In this document: in pieces, positions 36,939-46,420 of the stretch
How positions within the stretch are numbered: the stretch's first letter is position 1
Layout of the letters: every line of letters begins with the position of its first letter
Made by a program: the position numbers and the translations under genes
Origin: an uncultured Sphingomonadaceae bacterium
GTDB lineage: Bacteria; Pseudomonadota; Alphaproteobacteria; Sphingomonadales; Sphingomonadaceae
Length of the DNA: 53,544 bases
NCBI GenBank assembly: GCA_964247265.1
Contig: CAXTTS010000001.1
Span: 1 to 53,544, forward strand
Direction: 5' to 3'
Notes under the pieces: generated by a model
What the model was told of the DNA's origin: nothing
Database searches by the model: none
Seen by the model: only the letters and a program-made list of their open reading frames with translations

Positions 36939-36958
36939 GCCTAGCGAATGTCTTAGTG
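36939..36958. promoter_or_regulatory. Putative lux-box-like site upstream of the SnoaL-TBDR operon
   Basis: GCCTAGCGAATGTCTTAGTG = NNCT-N12-AGNN; first 8 bases identical to the 5381 site. Confidence 0.3.
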
Positions 36959-37038
36959 CAGGGCGTCCGGGCGAACGCCTATTCTGCCGCTGCACGCGTC
37001 GCCCGAATGCAACGGGCTCGATGCGACAGGAGAGTTCG

Positions 37039-37449
37039 ATGCCGTTCACTGGCCCCACCGAAGATCGTCTTGCCATCCGCGAACTGCTCGATTCCTATGC
37101 AGACGCGGTTATCCGCAACGATCCGGTCGCCTGGGGACAATGCTGGGCGGTGGACTCCTTCTGGAGCATGCCCGATTATCCCGAGTTCGGCAGCCCGAGC
37201 GGACGCGAGACGATCGTCAACACCTGGGTGGAGGCGATGAAGCATTTTCCGGGCGTGATCTTCGTCGCAAACCCCGGATCGATCGATGTCATCGGCGATA
37301 CCGCGAAGATGATCTCCTATACCTCCGAAGTCTATAATCAGGATGGTATGGTGAAGCGCGACCGCGGGACGTATGAAGATAGCTGCATCAAGGAAGACGG
37401 TCGGTGGGTATTCAAGAGCCGGGTCTTCCGCAACATCCACCGCGGTTGA
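37039..37449 (+). CDS. SnoaL/NTF2-like family protein
   Basis: EDRLAIRELLDSYADAV...W...GTYED...DGRWVFKSR. Confidence 0.87.
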   Translation: MPFTGPTEDRLAIRELLDSYADAVIRNDPVAWGQCWAVDSFWSMPDYPEFGSPSGRETIVNTWVEAMKHFPGVIFVANPGSIDVIGDTAKMISYTSEVYNQDGMVKRDRGTYEDSCIKEDGRWVFKSRVFRNIHRG

Positions 37450-37513
37450 GTCTACCGCGTATTTGACAGGACAAACCGCAGACAAGCGGTATTTTCGAGG
37501 GGAGACGATCGAC

Positions 37514-40042
37514 ATGACATTCCAGCAAGCCGGATTGCGCGCAGGCTCCGCGCTGTTTGCCGTGGCCGCCGCCACCTTCTTCGCCGCCTCCGCGCAGGCG
37601 CAGGAGGCAGCCCCCGTGCCCGCACCGAGCGACGCGGCGCCCGCCCCCGGACTGAACCAGAGCGCGGTGGAGGACGCCACGCAGGCGCAGGGCGGGCTGG
37701 AGGACATCGTCGTCACCGCGCGCAAGCGGGCGGAGAGCGTGCAGGACATTCCGGTCGCGGTGACGGCGATCTCCGAGGCGCAGATCCAGCGCCAGGATCT
37801 GACGAGCCTGGAGAAGGTGGCCGCGCGCACGCCGAACTTCACCGTCGGCCGTGCCTCGAACGGCTCCGGCGCGCAGTTGACGCTGCGCGGCATTGGTTCC
37901 TCCTCCACCTCGATCGGCATCGAGCAGTCGGTCGCGGTGGTCGTCGACGGCGTTTATTACGGCCAGGGCCGGATCATCAACGAAGGCTTCTTCGATCTTT
38001 CTCGGCTGGAAATATTGAAGGGTCCGCAGGCGCTGTTCTTCGGCAAGAATGCCACCGCCGGCGTGGTCTCGATCACCACCGCCGACCCGACCGACAAGCT
38101 CGAAGTGCGCGCGCGCGCCGGCTACGAGTTCCGCTCGCAGCAGGTGCAGGGCGAGATCGTCGGCTCCGGCCCGCTCACCGACACGCTCGGCCTGCGGGTG
38201 GCGGTGCGCGGCACCAAGATGTTCGACGGCTATTTCAAGAACGAGGCGTCGCCGGTCAACTATGCGACCACCGATGTCGCCGCCGTCAACAATGTCGGCA
38301 CGACGAACCATATCGCCCAGCCCGCCGCGCGCAACGAACCGGGCGAGAAGGAACTGCTCGGCCGGGTCACGCTGAAGTGGCAGCCGACCAGCGAACTGAC
38401 TGCCACGCTGAAGGCATCGGGCGACTATAACAAGACGAACAACTCGTCCTGGAACTACGTGAACTTCAGGTGCGAGAATGGCGGCGGGGTAAGCTCGCTC
38501 AACGCGGCTTATGCCTGCAAGAATCATTTCGTGACGCACCAGAACAACATGCCGGCGGACATCGCGGCGACCTTCCCCTTCGCCAAGGATGATGGCGCGC
38601 TATACAACCGCTACAAGTCGTTCGGCACTACCGGCACGATCAACTATGTGATGGACGACGTGACCTTCACGTCGGTGACGAACTATAACTGGAACAATAA
38701 TCGCTGGACCTGCGCCTGCGACTTCCAGTCCAGCAACACGGGTACATGGGCGACGGAGAATTCGAGCTGGCACGCCTTCTCGTCCGAGTTGCGCGCGCTC
38801 ACCACCTATGACGGCCCGGTCAATCTGATGGTCGGCGGGCTGTACCAGAAGACGAAGCGGAAGTTCAACCAGTGGGTGATGTTCGCCGGCCTGCAGGACA
38901 GTTCGGCCTCGCCGGAGAATCGCTATGTCGCGTCGAGCAAAGCGTCGAACACCGATGGCGAGACGCTGGCGGGCTTCGGCCAGGTGACGTGGAAGTTCAC
39001 CGATACGCTGGAGGCGACCGGCGGCGTGCGCTACACGCATGAGACCAAGGACAGCATCTTTTCCCAGCCCTATAACAATGCCGCCCTCACCACGATCTTC
39101 CGCCCGGCGAACGATCCGGACGGTCTCGGCATCGTGACGGCCAAGCAGACGTTCAACAACTGGTCGCCGGAAGCGACGATCAGCTGGAAACCGGCGCGCG
39201 GCCTGCTGTTCTACGGTGCGTTCAAGACGGCGTATAAGTCGGGCGGCTTCTCCAACTCCGGCATCAACTCGAAATTCTCGCAGGATCCCTCGGGCGATCT
39301 GACGTTCGAGCCGGAAAAGGCGAGCGGGTTCGAAATCGGCGCCAAGACGACGCTGCTGGACAACCAGCTGCGCTTCAACGTCGGCCTCTATACGTTTGGC
39401 TACAAGGATCTGCAGGTTGATTTCTTCAACTCGCCGATCTTCGCCTTCCAGACGCTGACCGCCGATGCCCGCACCAAGGGCGTGGAGGTGGAGCTGGAAT
39501 ATGCCCCACGCGCGATCGAGGGGCTGAACCTGCACGGCTCGGTCAACTATAACCGTGCGCGTTACACCAACTTCCCACTTGCCCCCTGCTATGCCGGGCA
39601 GCGCCCGACCGAGGGCTGCTTCTCGATCGGCGGCGGCAGCTTCCGCCAGAATCTCGACGGGCAGCAGCTGGCCAACGCGCCGGAGTGGACCGCCACGCTG
39701 GGCGCCAGCTACGATACGGTGATCGGCAACGGCTTTCGCGTCGGCGCATCGGTGGATTCGCGCTATAGCGGCAGCTACATCGCCTCCGGCTTTGGCAATT
39801 ACGACTCGCAGCAGGGCAAATATGTCAACCTGGACGCCAGCATCCGCTTCGGCACCGAGGATGATCGCTACGAGATCGCGCTGATCGGCAAGAACCTGAC
39901 CAACCGCTTCTACGTGACGGGCGTGGTCGATGGCCCGTCCACCGGCAGCGGCACCGGCACGGCCGCCGGCATCCATGCCGACCAGCTCGGCTTTGCCACG
40001 CTACCGCGCACGGTGCAGGTACAGGCCACCTTCCGCTATTGA
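37514..40042 (+). CDS. TonB-dependent receptor
   Basis: Signal peptide, TonB box EDIVVTARKR, EILKGPQALFFGKNATAG, C-terminal PRTVQVQATFRY. Confidence 0.95.
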   Translation: MTFQQAGLRAGSALFAVAAATFFAASAQAQEAAPVPAPSDAAPAPGLNQSAVEDATQAQGGLEDIVVTARKRAESVQDIPVAVTAISEAQIQRQDLTSLEKVAARTPNFTVGRASNGSGAQLTLRGIGSSSTSIGIEQSVAVVVDGVYYGQGRIINEGFFDLSRLEILKGPQALFFGKNATAGVVSITTADPTDKLEVRARAGYEFRSQQVQGEIVGSGPLTDTLGLRVAVRGTKMFDGYFKNEASPVNYATTDVAAVNNVGTTNHIAQPAARNEPGEKELLGRVTLKWQPTSELTATLKASGDYNKTNNSSWNYVNFRCENGGGVSSLNAAYACKNHFVTHQNNMPADIAATFPFAKDDGALYNRYKSFGTTGTINYVMDDVTFTSVTNYNWNNNRWTCACDFQSSNTGTWATENSSWHAFSSELRALTTYDGPVNLMVGGLYQKTKRKFNQWVMFAGLQDSSASPENRYVASSKASNTDGETLAGFGQVTWKFTDTLEATGGVRYTHETKDSIFSQPYNNAALTTIFRPANDPDGLGIVTAKQTFNNWSPEATISWKPARGLLFYGAFKTAYKSGGFSNSGINSKFSQDPSGDLTFEPEKASGFEIGAKTTLLDNQLRFNVGLYTFGYKDLQVDFFNSPIFAFQTLTADARTKGVEVELEYAPRAIEGLNLHGSVNYNRARYTNFPLAPCYAGQRPTEGCFSIGGGSFRQNLDGQQLANAPEWTATLGASYDTVIGNGFRVGASVDSRYSGSYIASGFGNYDSQQGKYVNLDASIRFGTEDDRYEIALIGKNLTNRFYVTGVVDGPSTGSGTGTAAGIHADQLGFATLPRTVQVQATFRY

Positions 40043-40092
40043 CGAACCAGGCGGGGCCGATCGGCGGCCCCGCTGCACCGACCGGAGACGAT

Positions 40093-40509
40093 ATGCCCGA
40101 CGCGAACCGGATGACCGAGATCGTCAAAGCGCTCTATGCCGCGACCGGCGTGGGTGACTGGGACACCGCCGAAAGCTATTTCACCGACGATTTCCGCATC
40201 GTCGAGGCCGACAGCCTGCCTTATGGCGGGGTGTTCACCGGCAAGCGGGCGATGCGCGACCTGTTCGCAAAGGTGATGGGCTTCTGGTCCGATCCCGACC
40301 TGAAGCTGGAGGGCGTGGCGGCGGGCGACGGCTATGCCTACGGGATCGTCCGCCTGATCGTCACGTCACGCACCACCGGCAAGCGCCACGAACTCGAAAT
40401 CGCCGAGCGTTTCGAATTTCGCGGCGAGCAGGTGTGCGAGGTGAAGCCTTATTATTACGACACGCACGCCATTTACATGGATGCCAACACCGATCCGATC
40501 GCCGCCTGA
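40093..40509 (+). CDS. SnoaL/NTF2-like (ketosteroid isomerase-like) protein
   Basis: IVKALYAA...GDW...LPYGGVFTG...VKPYYYDT. Confidence 0.83.
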   Translation: MPDANRMTEIVKALYAATGVGDWDTAESYFTDDFRIVEADSLPYGGVFTGKRAMRDLFAKVMGFWSDPDLKLEGVAAGDGYAYGIVRLIVTSRTTGKRHELEIAERFEFRGEQVCEVKPYYYDTHAIYMDANTDPIAA

Positions 40510-40534
40510 CGACGGGGCCTGACCGACGGGCCGC

Positions 40535-41182
40535 CTATCCCCCCAGCGCCTCGACATAATCGGCTTCGGTCTTGACGCGGATCTCGTCGGCGGTCACGCC
40601 GTGGGCCAGTTCGATCAGGCGGAACGGCCCGGTGCGATCGATCCGTTCGAACACCGCGAGATCGGTGATGAGCAGGTCCACCACGCCGGCACCGGTCAGC
40701 GGCAGCGTGCAGGCCTTGCGGAACTTGGCCGATCCGTCCTTCGATACATGATCCATGATGACGATGATGCGCTTGCAGCCGGCGACGAGATCCATCGCGC
40801 CACCCATGCCCTTCACCATCTTGCCGGGGATCATCCAGTTGGCGATGTCGCCATTCTCGGCGACCTCCATTGCACCCAGCACCGACAGGTTCATGTGGCC
40901 GCCGCGGATCATCGCGAAACTGTCCGCCGAGGAGAAGAAGGCGGTGCGCGGCACCTGCGTGACGGTCTGCTTGCCGGCATTGATGAGATCGGCATCCACC
41001 TCCGCCTCGGTCGGGAACGGGCCGACGCCGAGCATGCCGTTCTCGCTCTGCAACGTCACGTCGATGCCCGACGCGATATGGTTGGCGACGAGCGTCGGGA
41101 TACCGATGCCGAGATTGACGTAATAGCCATCCTTCAGCTCGCGCGCGGCGCGGGCGGCCATCTGGTTGCGGTCCATCGGCAT
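40535..41182 (-). CDS. scoB: 3-oxoacid CoA-transferase subunit B
   Basis: [15 protein letters not shown] (catalytic Glu), [17 protein letters not shown]. Confidence 0.92.
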   Translation of the reverse strand: MPMDRNQMAARAARELKDGYYVNLGIGIPTLVANHIASGIDVTLQSENGMLGVGPFPTEAEVDADLINAGKQTVTQVPRTAFFSSADSFAMIRGGHMNLSVLGAMEVAENGDIANWMIPGKMVKGMGGAMDLVAGCKRIIVIMDHVSKDGSAKFRKACTLPLTGAGVVDLLITDLAVFERIDRTGPFRLIELAHGVTADEIRVKTEADYVEALGG

Positions 41183-41901
41183 CAGGCGGCCTCCACTTTC
41201 GTGCCCAGGCTCGGGCGGATCGTGCGCTGCTCGATGCGCTTCTCGAACGTGCCGGCGATCAGCCGCTGGATGTAGACGCCGGGGGTGTGGATCGCATCGG
41301 CCTCCAGCGTGCCTTCCGCGACGATCTCCTCCACCTCGGCGACGGTGACGCGGCCGGCGGTGGCGACGTTCGGGTTGAAGTTGCGGCTCGTCTTGCGGAA
41401 CAGGATATTGCCGCTGCGATCCGCCTTCCACCCCTTCACCAGTGCGAGATCGGCGACGATACCGCGTTCGAGAATGTAAGTTTCGCCGTCGAATTCCTTA
41501 TGTTCCTTGCCCTCGGCCACCAGCGTGCCGACGCCGGTGCGGGTGTAGAAGCCGGGAATGCCGGCGCCGCCGGCGCGCAGCCGTTCGGCGAGCGTACCCT
41601 GCGGGTTGAACTCGATCTCCAGCTCGCCGGCGAGATATTGCCGGGCGAACTCCTTATTTTCCCCGACATAGGATGAGACCATCTTCCTCACCTGCCGGGT
41701 CGCCAGCAACATGCCGAGGCCGAAGTCGTCCACCCCGGCATTGTTCGAGACGATCGTGAGATCCTTCACCCCGCTGTCACGGACGGCGGTGATGAGGTTC
41801 TCCGGGATGCCGCAGAGGCCGAAGCCGCCGGCGGCGATCGTCATGCCATCAAACAGCAGGCCCTGGAGGGCGGCGGCGGCGTCGGGGTATATCTTCTCCA
41901 T
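41182..41901 (-). CDS. scoA: 3-oxoacid CoA-transferase subunit A
   Basis: [39 protein letters not shown]. Confidence 0.92.
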   Translation of the reverse strand: MEKIYPDAAAALQGLLFDGMTIAAGGFGLCGIPENLITAVRDSGVKDLTIVSNNAGVDDFGLGMLLATRQVRKMVSSYVGENKEFARQYLAGELEIEFNPQGTLAERLRAGGAGIPGFYTRTGVGTLVAEGKEHKEFDGETYILERGIVADLALVKGWKADRSGNILFRKTSRNFNPNVATAGRVTVAEVEEIVAEGTLEADAIHTPGVYIQRLIAGTFEKRIEQRTIRPSLGTKVEAA

Positions 41902-41959
41902 GCCTCTTCATTTCGCGGGCGGCGAGGTTCGTCAATAGCCAGCGGCAGGCCGGGCCAGT

Positions 41960-42478
41960 TCAGCGGCTCGCGCTGGTCATCCTGGCGGGCGGAGCAGGCT
42001 CCTGAAGCAGGGGCACCAGCAGCGCGTTCAGATCGTCGAGATCGAAAGCGGCCGCCTTGGCGTAGCGCAGCACGCCGGCACGATCGATCACATAATTCGT
42101 CGGCACGCCCCCGAGCACGCCATATCTGCCCTTGAAGCGCCGCACCATCGGGATCGTCATGCGCTCGGCTAATGGCTTCAGCCGGGCGAGGGGTAACGAA
42201 TCCTCCGTCGTCACCGCCAGCACGCGCAGGCCGACATCGCGGCGCAGCTCGTAGAAGCGGTCGAGGATCGGCAGCTCGCGCTTGCACGGGCCGCACCATG
42301 TCGCCCAGAAATTGACGACCACGACATTGCCGCGCAGGCTCTCCAGCGTGACCGTCCGGCCATCGAGCGTCTGCACGGTGAAATCCGGCGCCAATTGCCC
42401 CACCACCGGCCCGGCCGCCTGCGCGCCCGACGCCAGCGAAGCCGCCGCAAAGGCGACCAGCCCGATCAACCGCTTCAT
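41960..42478 (-). CDS. TlpA-family thiol:disulfide oxidoreductase
   Basis: Signal peptide, APDF, NFWATWCGPCKRE, VPT. Confidence 0.9.
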   Translation of the reverse strand: MKRLIGLVAFAAASLASGAQAAGPVVGQLAPDFTVQTLDGRTVTLESLRGNVVVVNFWATWCGPCKRELPILDRFYELRRDVGLRVLAVTTEDSLPLARLKPLAERMTIPMVRRFKGRYGVLGGVPTNYVIDRAGVLRYAKAAAFDLDDLNALLVPLLQEPAPPARMTSASR

Positions 42479-42562
42479 CCGCCTGCTCCCCCCTGCCCCG
42501 CTGCACAGGAACGACGCAGGGGCCGCCGTGTCAATAAGCCGGTGCGCCGGGCTCACGATGCG

Positions 42563-43642
42563 TCAGAGAACGGGACGTACCCAGCCATAGGGGTCGGGCG
42601 CCAGCCCGCGCTGGATCGCGGTCAGCGCCTCGCGCAGCCGCATCGTCTCGATGCCGGGGCCGCCATTGCCGATCGTGAAATTGTGCTGCTGCCCGCGCAC
42701 CTCGACGATGGGGGTGATGACGGCGGCGGTGCCGCAGGCGAAGGCCTCGCGCAGGCGGCCGCTGCGCGCATCCGCCTGCCACTGGTCCATCGCATAAGGC
42801 TCCTCGCGCACCGTCAGCCCTTCGTCGCGGGCGAGACGGATCAGCGAATCGCGCGTGATGCCCGGCAGGATCGTGCCGCCGATCGGCGGGGTGACGAGCG
42901 CCCCGTCGTCCATGACGAAGAAGGTGTTCATGCCGCCGAGTTCCTCCACCCAGCGCCGTTCCACCGCATCGAGGAACACGACCTGATCGCAGCCGTGGCC
43001 GATCGCCTCCTTCTGCGCGATCAGGCTGGCGGCATAGTTGCCGCCGCACTTGGCGGCTCCGGTGCCGCCGGGCGCGGCGCGGGTATAGTCCTCCGACACC
43101 CAAACGCTGATGCCGGGCTTGCCGCCCTTGAAATAGGCGCCGACCGAGGAGGCGATGACGATGAACAGATATTCGGCGGAAGGCTTCACGCCGAGAAAGG
43201 TCTCGCTGCCGAACATGAACGGGCGGAGATAGAGGCTGCCCTCCCCCTCCGGGATCCAGTCTCGGTCGATGCGGATCAGCTCGTCCAGCGCGCGAAGGAA
43301 GGTCTCCTCCGGCAGCGCGGGCATCGCCATGCGCCCGGCCGAGGCGTTGAAGCGGCGGGCATTGGCATCGGGGCGGAACAGGACGATCCGGCCGTCGGCG
43401 GCGCGATAGGCCTTCAGCCCCTCGAAAATCTCCTGCGCATAATGCAGCACCGAGCAGGCGGGATCGATCGACAGCGGCGCGCGCGCCTCCACCCGGGCAT
43501 CGTGCCAGCCGTCCGCCTCCGTCCACTTCACCACGACCATGTGATCGGTGAACACGCGACCGAAGCCCGGATCCTTCAACATCGTGCCGCGCAGATCGGC
43601 GGCGACGGGCGCGGCGTGGGGGCGGATCGCGAAATCGGGCAT
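42563..43642 (-). CDS. ilvE: Branched-chain amino acid aminotransferase
   Basis: FTDHM, LHYAQEIFEGLKAY, YLRP, AKCGGNY, EELGGMN, ILPGITR, CGTAA. Confidence 0.94.
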   Translation of the reverse strand: MPDFAIRPHAAPVAADLRGTMLKDPGFGRVFTDHMVVVKWTEADGWHDARVEARAPLSIDPACSVLHYAQEIFEGLKAYRAADGRIVLFRPDANARRFNASAGRMAMPALPEETFLRALDELIRIDRDWIPEGEGSLYLRPFMFGSETFLGVKPSAEYLFIVIASSVGAYFKGGKPGISVWVSEDYTRAAPGGTGAAKCGGNYAASLIAQKEAIGHGCDQVVFLDAVERRWVEELGGMNTFFVMDDGALVTPPIGGTILPGITRDSLIRLARDEGLTVREEPYAMDQWQADARSGRLREAFACGTAAVITPIVEVRGQQHNFTIGNGGPGIETMRLREALTAIQRGLAPDPYGWVRPVL

Positions 43643-43653
43643 CGGCTCTTCTC

Positions 43654-46419
43654 TCAAGGGCGGCTTCGATCGAGGCGCCGCGCACCGCCCGTTGCGGCAG
43701 GCCCGCGCGCCTCCGTTCCGCCTTGGCCATATGCTTGCGACGATGCCAGCAAAAACGGCACGGCCTCCGCCTCATTCCTCTGGCGGGAGGCGGCGGTGAG
43801 ATCGCCCAGGCCCTCCGGCAGCGGATCGCAGCGTTCCGCCGCGCGGGCGCTGCTGCCGCGCCCGCCGGCGATCAGCCGATTGAGATCGAACAGGCCACGC
43901 GCCAGCGCGATGTCGCCATTGGCGGCGATATAGCGCGGCTCCCAATCGGGCTGATATTTCTGCTTGTAGAAGCGCAGCCCTTCGAAGCCGTAAAGCCCCT
44001 CGCCGCGCCGGTAGACGAGGTTGCCTCCCTGCGCCCACAAGGGCGCGAGCCGCCGCGCATCGAGCCCGGACAAGGGGGCAAGGCCGAGCGAGAAGCGGCG
44101 ATACCCCTGCGCCTTGCCCCAGCCGAGCAGCCGGGCGAACAGCAGGTCCATCGCCGAATAGCTGAGGCCATCGACATGGCGCATCAGATCGACCGAAAGC
44201 TCGCTCTTGTTCGGCAGGGACCAGATGTTCGCGAAGGCGGTGATCCGCTCACCTTCGCGCACCACCGCCAAATCGAAGCGGGCGAGATAATCGGGATCGA
44301 ACCGGCCGAGGCTGAACGCCTTTTCCGTCCGCCCCTTCATCGCCAGCCACGCATCGGAGACGGCGGCGAGCTGGGGCAGCAGCGCCGGCACCTCGGCCGC
44401 GGGGACCACCGCGAAGGTGGCGCCGGCCTTTTCGGCGCGCCGCTCGGCATGGCGCAGCGACTTGGCGGCCGGGCCGGCAAGCGAGAAGTCGGCAAGCCGC
44501 ACCCGCGCCTCCTCGCCATATTTGACGATCACGAAGCCGAGATCGATCGCGACCGGTAACGCCTCCGCGCCGATCTGATAGAAGATCAGCCGGCCCTGCG
44601 CCGCGTCTGCCATGTCGCGCAGCTGCCACATCAGATCGGGCCAGGCGGCACGGGGCCCGACCGGATCGCCCATCGCGATCCAGCTGCGCCCCTGCACCTG
44701 ATAGCAGAGGAAGGCATCGCCCGTCTCCGCCACCAGAAAGCGTTTGTCGCCGGTGAAGGCGAGCATCGCATCGGTGTGGCCGGCCTGCGCCAATGCCCGT
44801 GCGACGACATCCGCCGTCAGCGCGGCGGAGGGGGCGGGCGCGGTGGGAGCGCCGAGCCGGTGCAGGATCACCACCACCGCCGCGACCGCGACCGCCAGGC
44901 TGGCGCGCAGGAAGCGCGAGGCATCGCCGCGCAGGGCGAAATCCCACCACAGGCTGCTGCGATACTCCACATGCTTGAAGGCGAAGAAGCCGATCCAAGT
45001 CGCGATCAGGATCGCGGTGCCGGACGCGGCGAGCCAGCCTGGCGAGAGCAGATCGTTGGTGAAGGCCGTGCGCCGGTAGAAGGCCGGGCGCGACCATTGC
45101 AGCAGGCCGAGCACGACGAGCAGGATCGCCGCCTCCTCATAATCGATGCCCTTGACGAGCGAGAAGACGGCGCCCGCCGCCAGCAGGGCGCGGGTGGCGA
45201 TGAAGGCGCCGTCCAGCCGGCGGTACAGGCCCGGCGCGAGGAACAGCAGCAGGGTGCCGACGAGGCTGGCCGCGATGTGCGACGCCTCGATGAAGGGCAG
45301 CGGCACCACCCGCGCCAGATCGTACAGCCGTCCCGGCACCGCCGGCAGCGCGCCGGAGACGAGCAGCATCACGCCGCCGGTGAACACCAATGTGCCGATC
45401 AGCGCCGGCGCCACCCCCTGCCCCACCAGCCGCAGGCCGGAGGCGAAGCGATCGATCGGCGCGCGCAGCCGGCGGCCTTCGCGCAGCGCCATGATCGCCG
45501 CCGCCAGCAGCAGCGGCAGCAGATAATAGATGGCACGGTATAGCAGCAGCGCGGCGGCGAGCCCGGCACGATCGACCTGCGGCAAAGCGAGCAGGATCAC
45601 CGCCTCGAACACGCCGATGCCGCCGGGCGCGTGGCTGATCGCGGCGATCACGATCGCAAGCGCATAGCCGACGAAGAAGGCGGGGAAGCCCGCCCATGCC
45701 AGCCCCGGCACCAGCACGAACAGGGTGGCCCCGGCAAAGCCGACATCGCACATCGATACCAGGATCATCGCGACCGCCGCGCGCCTGCCGGGCAGCGGCA
45801 ACGTCCAGCCGAGCAGCGACAGGCTGCGGCGGTGCCCGGCCAGCAGCACCAGCCCGGCGACGCCGAGCAGCAGCGCCGCACCGATCACCCGCTGCGCGCC
45901 ATCGCCGATCGTCAGCCCCGCCAGCACGAGCGGTGCCGGACGCAGCACGAGGCCGATGCCCGCCAGCATGGTGATGCCGGACCAGAAGGTGAGCGTGGCA
46001 TTGGCGATCACCCGCCCGACATCCCCGCCGCTGAGCCCGGCCGCGGTATAGACGCGGTAGCGCGCCGATCCGCCGGTGAGCAGGGCCAGCCCGAGATTGT
46101 GGCTGAGCGTGTAGCTGGTGAACGAGGCGAGCGCCGCCACCCGATAGGGCAGCGGCTTGCCGACCACGCGCAGCGACAGCACGTCGTAGAACGTCAGCGC
46201 GACATAGCTTCCCGCCGTCAACACCAGCGCGGCGACGATCTGGCCCGCGCCGAACTGATCGACGGCGGCGCGGACGCGGCCGATCTGCACCTCGGCCAGC
46301 AGACTGTGCACCGCCTCCAGCGCGAGCGCCATGACCACCAGCAGCGCGACCGCCGCGAGCGCCGCACGGCGGCGGGCGGCGAAGAGGCCGATGCGCCTGA
46401 GGAGAAAGGCCGGCTTCAT
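43654..46419 (-). CDS. mprF: Bifunctional aminoacyl-phosphatidylglycerol flippase/synthetase
   Basis: Multi-TM N-terminus with GGSARYRVY and PGGIGVFE; C-terminal MGDPVG, KYGEEA, SVDLMRH, YGFEGLRFYKQKYQPDWEPRY. Confidence 0.92.
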   Translation of the reverse strand: MKPAFLLRRIGLFAARRRAALAAVALLVVMALALEAVHSLLAEVQIGRVRAAVDQFGAGQIVAALVLTAGSYVALTFYDVLSLRVVGKPLPYRVAALASFTSYTLSHNLGLALLTGGSARYRVYTAAGLSGGDVGRVIANATLTFWSGITMLAGIGLVLRPAPLVLAGLTIGDGAQRVIGAALLLGVAGLVLLAGHRRSLSLLGWTLPLPGRRAAVAMILVSMCDVGFAGATLFVLVPGLAWAGFPAFFVGYALAIVIAAISHAPGGIGVFEAVILLALPQVDRAGLAAALLLYRAIYYLLPLLLAAAIMALREGRRLRAPIDRFASGLRLVGQGVAPALIGTLVFTGGVMLLVSGALPAVPGRLYDLARVVPLPFIEASHIAASLVGTLLLFLAPGLYRRLDGAFIATRALLAAGAVFSLVKGIDYEEAAILLVVLGLLQWSRPAFYRRTAFTNDLLSPGWLAASGTAILIATWIGFFAFKHVEYRSSLWWDFALRGDASRFLRASLAVAVAAVVVILHRLGAPTAPAPSAALTADVVARALAQAGHTDAMLAFTGDKRFLVAETGDAFLCYQVQGRSWIAMGDPVGPRAAWPDLMWQLRDMADAAQGRLIFYQIGAEALPVAIDLGFVIVKYGEEARVRLADFSLAGPAAKSLRHAERRAEKAGATFAVVPAAEVPALLPQLAAVSDAWLAMKGRTEKAFSLGRFDPDYLARFDLAVVREGERITAFANIWSLPNKSELSVDLMRHVDGLSYSAMDLLFARLLGWGKAQGYRRFSLGLAPLSGLDARRLAPLWAQGGNLVYRRGEGLYGFEGLRFYKQKYQPDWEPRYIAANGDIALARGLFDLNRLIAGGRGSSARAAERCDPLPEGLGDLTAASRQRNEAEAVPFLLASSQAYGQGGTEARGPAATGGARRLDRSRP

Positions 46420-46420
46420 C

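Noticed and set aside
14969-41901. Assignment as a known steroid, estrogen or aromatic degradation cluster, or as a mobile genomic island
   Set aside because: No ring-cleavage dioxygenase, KstD, P450 or flavin monooxygenase seen, and no integrase, tRNA or direct-repeat boundaries.
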